Source of the DNA: Glaucostegus cemiculus
Taxonomy: Eukaryota
Direction of reading: 5' to 3'
DNA length: 64,000 bases
NCBI GenBank assembly: GCA_976551045.1
Contig: CDPCPM010000050.1
Location: forward strand, 20,398,001 to 20,462,000
Under the pieces are notes generated by a model, which worked only from the letters and a program-made list of their open reading frames with translations, was not told the origin of the DNA and did no database searches. This document shows, one piece after another, positions 49,001 through 60,799 of this stretch. How positions within the stretch are numbered: the stretch's first letter is position 1; each line of letters starts with the position of its first letter. A program made the translations under genes and the position numbers.

Positions 49001-49281
49001 GATAAGATATCTTTATTAGTCACATGTACATCGAAACACACAGTGAAGTACATCTTTTGCTTAGAATATTCTGGGGGAAGTCTGCAAGTGTTGCCACACT
49101 TCCGGTGCCAACATAGCATGCCCATAACTTCCTAACCAGTACGTCTTTGGAATGTGGGAGGAAAGTGGAGCACTTGGAGGAAACCCACACAGACACAGGG
49201 AGAACGTGCAAACTCCTTGCAGATAGTGGCCGGAATTGAACCCGGGTCACTGGCACTAACCACTACACTACTGTGCCTGCC
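49001..49281 (-). mobile_element. Young full-length V-SINE-like element with intact Pol III boxes
   Basis: Minus strand: A-box tagtgtagtgg (49270-49260), B-box ggttcaattcc (49242-49232), V-domain gtgggtttcctcc...cctcccacattccaaagac, tail gtacatgtgactaataaagatatcttatc. Confidence 0.85.
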
Positions 49282-49590
49282 AGGACAAACCTGCAGACTA
49301 TGTCGGAGATATATAACCCACTTAAACCAGGCATGCATGTTAAATCTTTGGAGTAATCTTCCAGGCAGGATAGTCAAGGATAAATTACGATGAATATCTA
49401 TGATGGCGGTGGAGCAAGGTTCTGGGGAGCAGATGGTGAGAGGGTGTGGGGGAGGACTATTGCATGCAATGATCTTTAGACTACTCTGGCAGAGTCATAT
49501 CATTCAGTGCTGAGTGGGTGATGTGGACTGCAGGCATTTCCTTAAACTGGATTCACCATTCTCTCTGCTAATCTTGTGATTCCTTTTTAG

Positions 49591-49743
49591 TGGCACATCA
49601 TGACATGGAGAACACCCTAAACTGTAGCTTCATCGAGCCGCCCTCTATGATGGACCAGCCATCCCCTTCTTGGTCTTCCCATGGCTCTTTTTCTTCTTTC
49701 GATACGGCAGATGATGGCCCTGTGTATTGTGTACCTCATGAGG
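49591..49743 (+). CDS. SCARF2: SCARF2 cytoplasmic exon (153 nt; phase 1/1)
   Basis: Acceptor ttcctttttag, donor G|gtgagt. Encodes (V)AHHDMENTLNCSFIEPPSMMDQPSPSWSSHGSFSSFDTADDGPVYCVPHE. Confidence 0.95.
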
Positions 49744-50124
49744 GTGAGTACAATGGTTGTATGTATGTGTACAAAACCAGATGAAAATTCCCCTTTTTGT
49801 TTCTGAGTTAACCAATTATGCTTGAATTAAATAGCACAAGATCTTTATCAGCTGTTGCATGAAGGAAGGTGTTTATTCCTAATCATGGAGAGTAGGGAAT
49901 TGGTTATCGGTACTTATGTTCAGAGGAGGAGATGCATATTACAAACTGAGCAATAATTGAGAACCCTTCTACCTATTAACTTGTCTCTTTCCCATTTCCA
50001 ATACTGGAGATTTGGACTGAGTGCTATTCGGACTGGCAATCTATAATAATCTGTCTGTGTGATAGGTTGTCACTGTCAACATCTAAGATTCACCATAGCT
50101 TTTGGTTTGCACTGAGGAATCCCA

Positions 50125-50375
50125 CAGTGTAGTGGGTTTCCCACAGATGCTTCGGTTTCTTCCCACATCCTAAAGACATGCTGATTGAAAGGTTAATTGG
50201 CTACTGTAAAGTGCCCCAGGTTTAGGTGTGTAGTAGGAGAATCAGGGGCAGGTGTGGGAGAGAATAGGTTAGAGGGAAATAAAAGAGGAAATGGGATTGA
50301 TAGGAAGGCTCTGAGAGATGGCATAGACTCAAAGGCTGAATGACTTCCTTCTGTGGCGCAAGGAAATAATATGAA
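50125..50375 (+). mobile_element. V-SINE 3' part with CR1-type tail in the last intron
   Basis: gtgggtttcccacagatgcttcggtttcttcccacatcctaaagac...ggcatagactcaaaggctgaatgacttccttctgtg. Confidence 0.7.
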
Positions 50376-50427
50376 ATTTAGTGTGTCCTCCATCCAAATG
50401 TTCTGACGTTAACTTTGACTCTTGCAG

Positions 50428-51659
50428 AGAGTATTATGGAGAGCAGTGTCCGTGAGAAGGTGAACCTGGTGGAAAAGCTAGCCCCTCCAATAAGTGAAGA
50501 GGATGCTGGGGAGTACACGTGTTTGAAAGGTGATCCCAATGACATGCTGTTACTTAAGCTATCAGACAGTGAAGCCTCCAGCAATGGCTCTGGCTCGACC
50601 AGTGGGGCTGTGTACGCTAAAGTAGCAAGGCTGTCCAAGCAGTCTAAAGACAGCGACAACAGCATCAACACCAACAGCAGCAGAACCACCAGCGTTAGTG
50701 GGAAGCAGCCCTCCCCAGAGAGGACCAAACCTCCCCCTCCTGACCCTTCAACCAAGCCCAAACTATCATGGATTCATGGCAAATTCACCTCCAGCCAACC
50801 AAACCCTTCATCAGCCACAAGGTCTCCATCTCTGGATAAAGCAGCCACTCAAGCAGAGGGCCACCACAGTGCTTTGGGTGGCAGGAGGAGGAACCTGAGT
50901 GAATCCTCTGCTGGACTTTATGGTAGGCAGGATGAGAAGAGAGGCTCCGCTGAGGTCAAACTGAGGCGCAAGGACAAGGGCCACAACCGGACAAGGGAAC
51001 ACACACCCAATGACCTGAGTTATGGAAGCAAAGTGCAGAAGAATAAAGCAAGCCCTGAGCAGATGCAAAATCTCAACGGCAGCATCCAGAACACATCGAA
51101 AAGAAGTGGACCTTCACCCAGCGATAAGAAGCCAGCTGAGAGAGAATCGCAAAGGAGTCCCCCACAGGCAAAAGGTAGACCTGAGGTGATTCACCCCCAC
51201 CTATCTCCGGAGACGGCCACCATGCTGGCCGCTCAACTCAAAGAAAAAACCCAGAGCCTAAACAAGTCAGAGGTTAACATGAGGCAAAATGGGTTGATTC
51301 CAGCCCACCAGCAGCGGGAGAAGCCCACGCCCCCGCAGAAAGCCAAGCGCTCCTTTGGTGCCAACAGCCAGCGAGCGGTCATTCCGACGACAAGCAACCT
51401 GCAAAAGATGATCAGCCCTTCTCCGGAACACCAGGAGGCCGTGGGAGGCAGCACCAGTGGTTCAACCCTGGAAAGCTGCAGCTACCAGGAGCAAGATGGG
51501 GTGAACTGTTCTCAGGCCAAACAGGAAATGGGTGAGCAGACACCCAAAAGGACACCAATTAAAAAACCCCCAAGGAAGCGCAGCAAAGAGGCAACATTGG
51601 AATCGAACCCAAGAACACCCACGATGTCCCCTCAGGTGATGGCTGTAAAGGAGTCATAA
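50428..51659 (+). CDS. SCARF2: SCARF2 terminal coding exon, long low-complexity cytoplasmic tail to TAA
   Basis: Acceptor ctcttgcag at 50427, in frame with ORF 50415..51659. Contains GAVYAKVARL, KPPPPDPSTKPKLSWIHGK, LAAQLKEKTQSL and TPIKKPPRKRSKE. Confidence 0.93.
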
Positions 51660-52900
51660 CCCAAAACAAAATATTCCCACTGCTGATGTCCACCTCACAG
51701 AGCAGCAGGGCAAAAAGGTGCTTCTAAACCTCATGTAAGCCCAAAGAGCTGTGAGGCTGTTGCAGTACTTCACCAGCAGTGTCCCAAACAGGAGCAACAG
51801 ATAAATTACTAACTTTTAATATATGTACCTGAGTGTGTCTTCCCCTCACTTACCCTTCACTGAAGGTCAGATGTTGACCAACGGTGACCAAATGAATTAA
51901 GTGTTGCATTGACACTGACAGATGACCAAAAAGTCTTTCCCATGACCTTATCTGTGACTAATGACCGGTAATGGTACAGTGAGCCTCTGGGCTTTGCGGC
52001 TTGTTTTTAGAGTTAGGCTTCTTTCTCTGGACAGAAGAATCCAACATTTTGTGACATTATATATTTCCATGAATTTTGCATTAGCAAAGCTTTCTCCAAA
52101 AAAGGAACATGTCAATTCCTTGTCATTTTCTGTTATCTTATTCAGTAACGGATCGCTGGCTTTTGTATATTATTCTTTTACAGTTCTACAGTGACCAAAA
52201 CAGAACGGATGGTTTAAAGGTCAAGGCTGGGAGATGAAGGCTTCATGCCTTACTTAAATGTGGGTAACTTGCTTGGTGCTGCACTCACTGCAGCGATTTC
52301 CACTCAGGCACCTTGCCTGTGAGACGTGGCAGAGAGCAGGAGAAGATGGGAGATTGACAAGAACCTAACATTGGCAGGGAAGGGCTCATTGTTGGCAGGA
52401 GATGATGTCTGAACCATTTTGGAGTGGGGAGAAAATGATCCTGGAAAACAGAGAGCCCAGGGAGCAGAGTTGGCTGTCACAGAAGGGATCAGTTCATTTT
52501 ATAAACTTAATTGTAGAACACTGGAGCGCAGAGGTGGGAGTCCACAGTGAGATTTTCAGCAGCCACAGTCTATGTGTATCAGCTTTCAAGAGCAACTTGC
52601 AAACATAGGTTTAGCCTCTCAAATGCTTTTGATGTATTTTACAGTTTTGCATACTATGTGCGTGAGACACTCAGTAACGCTTGGCCGTTCTGCCATCTCT
52701 GAGTGATGGAGAGGGAAGAGCCTGAACTGGCTCGGGTTACTGTGCTGCAGCCAGCACACTGGGACTCTCTACTCTTGACGCACTGTGTCCCAGCTTCTTT
52801 CTGTATACAATCATTTTTATGTGTAAGATATTTTTTTATTTCAAGTTTTATTAAAAATGCCAAGCAAAAAGAATAAAAAAAATTTCTTTCCTCACCTGCC
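51660..52900 (+). other. SCARF2: Putative SCARF2 3' UTR
   Basis: Repeat-poor sequence between the stop codon and an AT-rich cluster of polyadenylation motifs. The end point is inferred. Confidence 0.6.
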
Positions 52901-52915
52901 TTGTGGTCGTGTTTC
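52850..52915 (+). terminator. Putative polyadenylation site
   Basis: ATTAAA 52850-52855 and AATAAA 52872-52877, upstream TGTA motifs (52802, 52822), downstream GT/T-rich element ttgtggtcgtgttt at 52901-52914. Confidence 0.65.
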
Positions 52916-53360
52916 TCACTTCGCTCCCCGTCTCTTTCTCTTAACTGGACGTAGATGGATGAAAGTTTTTCCAGTTCAGTATGGACTAGTCAGGGGAGGG
53001 ACTCCAGGAATGGAAGGGATTCAGAGGCAGGGTGGAGGGTGAAGGAGGTGCATCTCCTCCACCAGCTATGAACCCCCCCCCCCCCCCCGGTGCATCACCA
53101 CCCCTTGGCTTCAGGCCTGCTGAGTTAAGTTTCTCATGTGGGATGCAAAAACAAAATACAGAGGATGCTGCAAACCTACCTGTGGCAGTAACTCTGTTTC
53201 TCCCTCCACAAAGTATTTCCAGCATCTTTTGTTTCTATTGGATATTATTTTTGTTACATTTAGAGTTTAAGAGAGTCAGAAAGGGTTGAACTGATTTTGA
53301 GGATAAAGCCATACTGAAGTTTCAAAAACTGAAATCAAATTTTGCCAATATCGCAATATT

Positions 53361-53935
53361 AGAACATAGAACATAGAAAGAACATAGAAAAAACTACAGC
53401 ACAATTCAGGCCTTTCGGTCCACAAAGCTGTGCTGAACATGTCCCTACACTAGAAATTACTAGGCTTACCCATAGCCCTCTATTTTACTTAGCTCCATGT
53501 ACCTATCTAACAGTCTCTTGAAAGACCCTATCGTATCCGCCTCCACCACTGCTTCCGGCAGCCCATTCCACGCACTCACCACTCTCTGAGTAAAAAAACT
53601 TGTGCCTGATGTCTCCTCTATATCTACTCCCCAGAACCTTAAGCCTATGTCCTCTTGTGGCCACCATTTCAGCCCTGGGGAAAAGCCTCTGACTATCTAC
53701 CCGATCAATACCTCTCATCATCTTATACACCTCTATCATGACCTCCTCATCCTCATTCTCTCCAAGGAGAAAAGGCCAAGTTCCCGCAACCTGCTCTCAT
53801 AAGGCATGCTCCACATTCCAGGCAGCATCCTCGTAAACCTCGCCTGAACCCTCACTATGTCTTCCACATCTTTCCTGTAGTGAGGCAACCAGAACTGAGC
53901 ACAATACTCCAAGTGGGGTCTGACCAGGACCCCAC
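53361..53935 (-). mobile_element. Relatively young CR1 3' fragment
   Basis: ORFs 53736..53981 (LVRPHLEYCAQFW...LRELGLFSLE) and 53503..53739 (IEVYKMMRGIDRVD...TRGHRLK); (agaacat)n tail at 53361-53390. Confidence 0.9.
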
Positions 53936-54219
53936 TTGGATTGCCTGCTGTTCCACTACAGATGTCCTTGAATGCTTCCAAACGTAAATAATCTGATATT
54001 TAGTGGCAAATCCACAATTAATTTTGTTATGGTGAGAGGTGGCATGGAATTATGTGGACAGGAAAGTGCAGGATCAGGTTGTTTATTGCGACTGATTGGT
54101 GTTGCTGTTTAGCTCCACACAAGCCTCCTCCCAATATACTTCAGCTAACGATCAGCATACCCTCCGTTCATTACTCCTACATGTAACAAATAGAAGATGT
54201 GCTGATATTCCAGCATGCT

Positions 54220-54420
54220 TACTTCCCATTTGCAAAAGAGTCTATCACAGGCATTCCTTTTGTTCTCTCCATCCCCTCCCCCTTTGCAACTTGAAGAATA
54301 CTTTAATTACCTTTCTCAGTCCTGATGGTAGGCCATTAACTTGAAATGTTAACACTGTTTCTTCCTCCACAGAGGCTGCCTAACCTGCTGAGCATGTTCA
54401 ACGTTTTTTGCTTTTATAAC
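54220..54420 (+). mobile_element. Penelope-like terminal fragment
   Basis: cagtcctgatggtagg...ttgaaatgttaacactg...ctgcctaacctgctgag. Confidence 0.6.
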
Positions 54421-54928
54421 AAATGTTGTGCTGAATGTGAAGGATAACAACACCGGGCAATGACCACTTGCCCACTTGAAGAATTTTTGTTGTTACTTTC
54501 TATTAGGCTTTCACTGCCGGGCATCTAATGAGGATCAGATCCGAAAACGTACTGGTTTCTTATGTGGGAACATCTGGGTATGTAGTGGACTCTGTCCTCT
54601 CAAAGCTGGCACTGGGAAGGCAAAATCTATGCCAAAGGTTTTGAATTTACACAAGTTGATATGAAGACGGCTGCTACTTTCAGATCGTGAAATGACGCAG
54701 GCAACCCAGACGTCTGTATGTTCCTGCTCGGTATTTTCCATTAGGTTAGTTGGTGCGGAAAGGGAATAGATTCTTATTGGTGGAATACAGTTTCCTTTTC
54801 TAAAGCTTCTGACTGATATGTTGTTGGAGCCATGCAGGGGAAGCTGCACTCTGCTTGCATCTGGTGTTGTGTCTGATCTGAGGTTGTATGATGGTTAACA
54901 CAAGAGGCTAATTCTGAATTGTACTGCT

Positions 54929-55282
54929 TGTGTGTGTGTGTGCGCGCGCGCACGCATATGTATGTACATGAGTGAGTGAGTTTATATATGTGTGTGTGAA
55001 TGAGTTTATATATGTGTGTGTGTGAGTCTACATATGTGTGTGGGTATCTAAGAGTATGTATGTATGCCTGAATGTGTGTGTCTGTCTGTGGACATGAGTA
55101 TGTCTGTGAATGTGTGTGTGAGAGAGTGAGTCTACATTTGTGTATGTGTGAGTATGTGCATGTATGAGTGCATTTGTCTATATATCTGAGTGTGAATATG
55201 TCTGTGAGTGAGTGTGTGTGTGTTTGTATGCCTGTGAACGTGTGTGTGCGCATGTGTTCATGTCTGTGAGTCAGTATGTGTA
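54929..55282. repeat. Compound (TG)n/(TATG)n microsatellite region
   Basis: Directly visible. It explains the His/Thr-rich spurious ORF 54774..55397. Confidence 0.95.
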
Positions 55283-55879
55283 CCCAGCTCCCAAGGCAAT
55301 CAATCAGCCCTAGTTTTAAAGTAGCATCAAGTTTTCTGTGCTGGCTCTCAGTGGTAGCTGTGCAAAGTAGGACTGTTTTCAGCACGTATGGTATCAATTA
55401 TAAACCACATGATCCCCATTCTCAGCTTCCTCTCTCTTGGTTGATGTATTTTCCTGAGGCCCCTCTCACAGAGCCCTGACTGTTAGGCCTTGAATGAGCC
55501 TCTTGTCTCAATCTGACAGGAGCACTGCATCTCCAACTCCAATGTCTCTGCTGGTTAGAGTCAGTGTTTGGATAAAGGCCTGTGTGGCATGCCCAGCACT
55601 GTTCTGGAACATATAAAAACACTCAGGGCTCTCGAAAGAGTTCACGACTGCTGTTAATTTTTTCTTCTCAGTGTTAGCAACTCCTGGCAAATAAAAGGCC
55701 CAGAATCTGTGGGAGTTACTCATTGGACATGCCAGTCTGACAGGGTAAATCTTGCCAATAACAAGATTCTTAGAATTAACACAAGGGCTGTCTGTCGTTT
55801 AAGACTTACAGCTTTCTGTGCTTGGCTTCTGAAGTGAAAATCAAGCCAGGGGCCTCAGGATCACCTGGGCAACCCTCTT

Positions 55880-56070
55880 CCCTTTGATCTTTCCATCTCT
55901 CCCCTACCCTCTCCACAGCATAAAACTAACTAGTTTTCTCACCTTCCCAGTCTTTAACCTGAAACGCTAACTCAGTTTCTTTCTCCACAGATACTGCCTG
56001 ACCTGTTGAGTGTTTCTAGATATTTCTGTTTTATTTTAAGATTTCCAGCATCTGCAGGTTTTTGATTTTC
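55880..56070 (+). mobile_element. Penelope-like terminal fragment
   Basis: acctgaaacgctaactcagtttctttctccacagatactgcctgacctgttgag...ttccagcatctgcag. Confidence 0.7.
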
Positions 56071-57669
56071 AATTCTGTCCACGTGGGGATGAATTGGTGT
56101 GGGAGGTTAATGTCAGGTTAGGTAAATGATGAAAAACAGAGGGATTGGAAGATTGGATTAGGAGAAAGAAAGAAAGAAGGGGGAATTTAAAAGAAAATAT
56201 AATCTTATTACACCTTTAAAATCTCCACAAACAATTAAAACATGGAAAAAAGAACTCCATACCAAGAGTTAGTTTTTAGTTGGGTTGCCTAAATGTGGTA
56301 AATAACACTTGCCACATTGTTAGAGAACTTTCTGTGGTGACTTTAGTTTGTCTGTGCCATACCACCTCAGTGACTTCATACATCTCATTGCCTGCTGTTT
56401 CCATGCTTCTTGTGGCAGAGCCGAACAACTTCTCCAAGAACTTTTACTTTGACACAATTATTTGAAAGCAAATTGAGTACTATTAAGATATTTAACTAAT
56501 CCAGAGGGTAGAGTGTGGACCATTTGGTTGGAGCTGAATAGGATGGCTTTGTTCTTGATAATGTTAAGCTGGAAAAGATTCACGCTTAACCACAATTCAA
56601 GGTCAGTTGACCAGCATGGTTATAGTTAAAGTTGCTGTTCTACATATAATCCAAACTGTTCAGTTAAATTCCAGCATGTAACTAGTTTATTCTATCATTC
56701 AACCATCCAAACCCCTCAATTACATTGCAGCCTGTAACTCATTCGTGGAAATTGTAAATATTCTAGCTTCTGTTACTTTTTATATAAACCAACCAAACCC
56801 TTTCAATTAGGTAGTGGTCACGTCTGGCTCTTTAACAAACTGGTTTCACATTCCCCTTACTGGATAAATTTGTTCTTTTATTCTTATGTGCAGTTGTTTA
56901 GCTTGTAGTTAGGGAGAAGTTCATCTGATACCCTTTTTAAAATGGTATATTTAAAAATAAGTCCAGACAACTGAGTCTTATACAAATAGTAACAAAATAA
57001 AAGATGAAATGGTAATTGCTTCAGCCATGCCAAGTGAAACAGTTCAGAAGCCTCCGCTCCCAGCCCAGTGCCAGGCCTCAAATAAAAACTCCGCTCACAT
57101 AAAGCTGTCACTGAGCCAAAGCGGGGCCCATGACAACACACTGGATCATGAGCTTCCCAGGGAGCTGAGCAGCCCACGTCACCTACATCTGGTAGTTATT
57201 GAGAAACAGGAAATTTATAAGGAGGGAAGGTGGTGAATAGCACAAGGAAGGCAGTTGCAGACAGCACTTCAAATGGAACTGTTCCTTCGCGTTAAATTAA
57301 TGAATAGTGTGGTGGGGCCCACAACAACCAAGCCCTGAAACTATGAACTAAATACACAGCACTTAAGTGCTCTACCAAACTTCATAACATTTCCTGGAAG
57401 CCTCAGATGGCCCGGACATGCCCTTCAGCAATCCTCTAATAAACTACACACTCCTCCCTGCTACACTCCCAGCTAAAGCTCAAATTCTCTCTATGATACT
57501 CTGATATGTATAGCGCAACCAAAATAATTCACTCGAATGTGGTCTCCGAGCCTACTTGTGAAACTTGCTGACACCCTTTGCTGTAATGTGTTTTAATATA
57601 ATCATCCTGTTATACTTCATGTTACTGACCACACCATTCACTGTAACACTTTGATATTCTTCACTTCAA

Positions 57670-58050
57670 TCCCCGTAATACAGTCTACTACCCTCAGTGC
57701 CCTCCCTGCAACACTCGTTAATATGTCCACAACTCTCCTGGTAACACCCTTTGATATACCCACAGCTCTGCCTGTAACACCCTTTGATATACCCACAACT
57801 CTGCCTGTAACACCCTTTGATATACCCACAACTCTGCCTGTAACACCCTTTGATTTGCCCGCAACTCTGCCCGTAACATCCTTTGATATACCCACAACTC
57901 TCCCTGTAACACCCTTTGATATACCCACAACTGTCCCTGTAACACCCTTTAATATATTCACAACTCTTCCAGTAACACCCTTTGATTTGCCCACAAATCT
58001 GCCCATAATACCCTCTGAGATGCCCCACTACCCTCCCTGTAACACCTCCT
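57670..58050. repeat. 33-bp minisatellite, about 10-11 units
   Basis: Unit ctgcctgtaacaccctttgatatacccacaact (reads LPVTPFDIPTT). Central units near-identical, flanking units decayed. Confidence 0.95.
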
Positions 58051-58499
58051 GAGGTGGACACTGCCTGCCCTATAATACTGTCTCATTTGCCTCACAGCCT
58101 TCACTTTAACTCTCAGAAACCATAGCCTGCATTACTCAGCACTTGTATTAAGCAGCACATGGCAGTTCATAAACAGTTCAGGCAGATAAAAGAAACAACA
58201 CTGAGCCAAAGAAAGAAATATTAACACAGATGACCTAACACGTAGTAACAAAGGTAGGGTGCAAATGAGAAATGAAAGATGGAGAAAGAAGAAGCTGGAT
58301 ATTGAATTCCAGATGACAGGCCCAGCACTGCTAAAGAGAAGATTGCTGCTGAATGGCCAGAGTATGTGGGAGATGCATGGCGTTAGAATCATAACAACAC
58401 AGAGGGTTAGAGGGCTGAAAGAGGTCACAGGGTTAGTGGATGGATCTATGGGTAACACCTCCAATTCTGTGTTTGAATGATGGAGCTTGCAATCTTGCT

Positions 58500-59250
58500 C
58501 TAGCGACGTGAGCACAATTGCCTAAGTTTAAGTTTCAGTAGAGGGATGGGGGACTGCACTGTCAAAGGCTGCAACTTCTGACTCTCTCCTCTCTTTCTTA
58601 GGTGGAAACAAAAAAAAAACCCTGTGGCACAGGGTCACAGCAAGTGGTGCAGTTGCTGCATAGTTCTGGTGACCCAGGTTTGATCCTGACCCACGGGCTG
58701 TCCTTGTGGAATTTGCACATTCTCCCTGTGATCACATGAGTCTCCCTGGTGCTCTGGTTTCCTCCCACATCCCAAAGACACGTTGTTAGGTTAACTGGAG
58801 GCAGCACAGTGGCACGGCAGTTAGTGCAGCCACTGCACATCTCCAGTTGGGGAAAGGCACACATGGGAATGCTCTGTGAGCTGACACAGGTTTTATGGAC
58901 CAAGTAGCCTCCTTATAGTTCATAACAAAACATGGAAATATATGAAAATATGAGAATTTCAAGAAAGAGAAGAGGAAGTATTCCTAATTGTAAAACAATA
59001 GCAAATTCAGGGAATCCAAAACATAAACAGAAAATGCTGGCAGAACCAACAAGTTAAGCAACGTCCATGGGGATTTCCTGGTGCCTTGTCAAAAAACAAA
59101 CCCACACTACCCAGTTATCATCGCATTGGATTTAGAGGAGCTATCTGTGTGCAAATCAGCTACTGTGCATCATGAGGATCACGTTACAAAAATAGCTACA
59201 GCTAACTGATGGTTAAACGTTTTGGGACATTGTTAAAGGTGTTACATAAA
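58500..59250 (+). mobile_element. Deu-domain SINE remnant with a V-SINE (58622-58925) inserted into it
   Basis: ctgcactgtcaaaggctgc ... ctgtgtgcaaatcagct...ttttgggacatt...aaaggtgttacataaatgcaggtct. The insert has gacccaggtttgatcctgacc and ggtgctctggtttcctcccacatcccaaagac. Confidence 0.6.
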
Positions 59251-59821
59251 TGCAGGTCTACCTTTTCATTTCTCTGTAAGGAATTTAATCCAACATTCCT
59301 TATTGGACTTGTGGTAACCAATTTATAATTATAACCTTCAGCTCCATCAACAGTCCCTCACATCCATCCTGATGTACATTTCATCAGTCTCTTTTCTGTG
59401 TTCCTCAGCACCACCAACCCCCTCATGCTTTCCCCCATCTCTGTGCCTGCCCTTTCATCAGGGTAGTGTGGCTGCCGTGGTGAAAGTTCTTTAAGTGCTG
59501 ACTCAGATGACAATGACACAATGTGAGATCTTCATGCAGCTCTGGTAAGTGCATGAGTTATGCGCTAAACATTGTAATATTTCTGCCCATGTATTTTTGC
59601 CCATTCTCACAAGGGAGTTCAGAGTGGGCATTAATGCCACTCATGCATATTAACATGCATGTTAACTGTGCCAGAAAAGGATGAACTCCAAAAGATGGAG
59701 TTCCAGCACATGCAATCTCTCCAGATAGTTGCAGTTCAGGTAGTTGCAACATCGTTGTACGTCACGTCTCCACTGCCTCCAGTGGTTCTACCTTCTTTCT
59801 GCAAGCTGAGTCCTCTTGGTA

Positions 59822-60237
59822 CTTTAGGTCTTTATTCCCTGGAGCGCAGCAAAATGAGAGGTGATCTTATAAAGATTTATAAAATCATGAGGGGGTTAGA
59901 TGATGTGGATGGTAGCAATCATTTCCCCAGGGTAGGAGAGTCTAAAACTAGGGGGCATAGATTTAGGGTGAGATGGGAAAGATTTAAAAGGGACCTGTGG
60001 GGCAACTTTTTCATGCAGAGGGTGGTTAGTATATGGAACGAGCTGCCAGACAGAGTGGTTGGGGCAGGTACAATAGTATCTTTTAAGAAGCACTTGGATA
60101 GGTACAAGCAGAAGTGGAACTTAGAGAGATATGAGCCGAATGCAGGAAATTGGGACAAGATAGGTGGGCACCATGGTTGGCATGGACTTGTTGGGCTGAG
60201 GTGTCTATATCTGTGCTGTATTGCTCTATGACTCTAT
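59822..60237 (+). mobile_element. CR1 3' fragment
   Basis: ORF 59659 second half LGLYSLERSKMRGDLIKIYKIMRGLD...TRGHRFRV...FFMQRVVSIWNELP...FKKHLDRY. Confidence 0.9.
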
Positions 60238-60799
60238 GGTACAATCAACATCCTATACCATTTCTGTACTATATTTCTCTGGAACTGAACCCCAGTATTT
60301 CAATCACACCCTTAATTGTCTTACAAACATATTAATACTGGTAGTGATTTATGGGTTCCAAAATTTCTTTATTCCTCTGAACCACTTATGACTAGAAATC
60401 AGATGCACTTGTGCACATTTTTATGCACAGGTTTCTAGTGCAATTAGACCACACTAGCAATTATTTCTGACCTGATTAGTGACCATTAAGACCACTACTG
60501 ATGTCATAGCCTGCACATTTCCTCCACTGCTGGTAGAAATTGGAGCTTCTCAGAACATCCTACCACCTTCATTATTGATTAATAATAAAGCTAGGAGCAC
60601 ATTGCACAGGGTTTGGGGATGAGAAGGCAAGTAAAGGGTCTGCAGTGTCACATTGATATCCTATGCACAACTGCAACTTTCAGTTGCCAGCATTATGTTA
60701 GATAATAACCTGGAGTCCTCTTTGGTTTAAAAAAATCTGTAGTGACATGCACATGGTAATCACTGGCCTAATGATGAGTCTGCCACTCACAGCAGCCTG

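Larger units (their letters stand above)
3467..51659 (+). other. SCARF2: SCARF2 gene body, 5'-incomplete (8 coding exons in window, probably exons 4-11)
   Basis: Spliced exons give one continuous frame: EGF-like repeats, TM helix, then cytoplasmic KLPRIPIKRQKFPKVV-VAHHDMENTLNCSFIEPPS...PSPSWSS...FSSFDTADDGPVYCVPHEE, which I recognise as the SCARF2 juxtamembrane/cytoplasmic signature. Intron lengths 13350, 1232, 12667, 5579, 3440, 8644 and 684 nt, all GT-AG. Exon numbering is by recollection of the mammalian gene. Confidence 0.93.

Noticed and set aside
49225-49281. tRNA gene
   Set aside because: A and B boxes are present, but the anticodon arm is truncated and the sequence runs into a SINE body.
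50378-50761. Antisense ORF with a hydrophobic LVVLLLLVLMLLSLSL stretch
   Set aside because: Reverse complement of the Ser/Asn/Thr-rich SCARF2 coding sequence (agc/aac/acc codons).
54774-55397. 207-aa His/Thr-rich ORF
   Set aside because: Translation of a (CA)n-type microsatellite.
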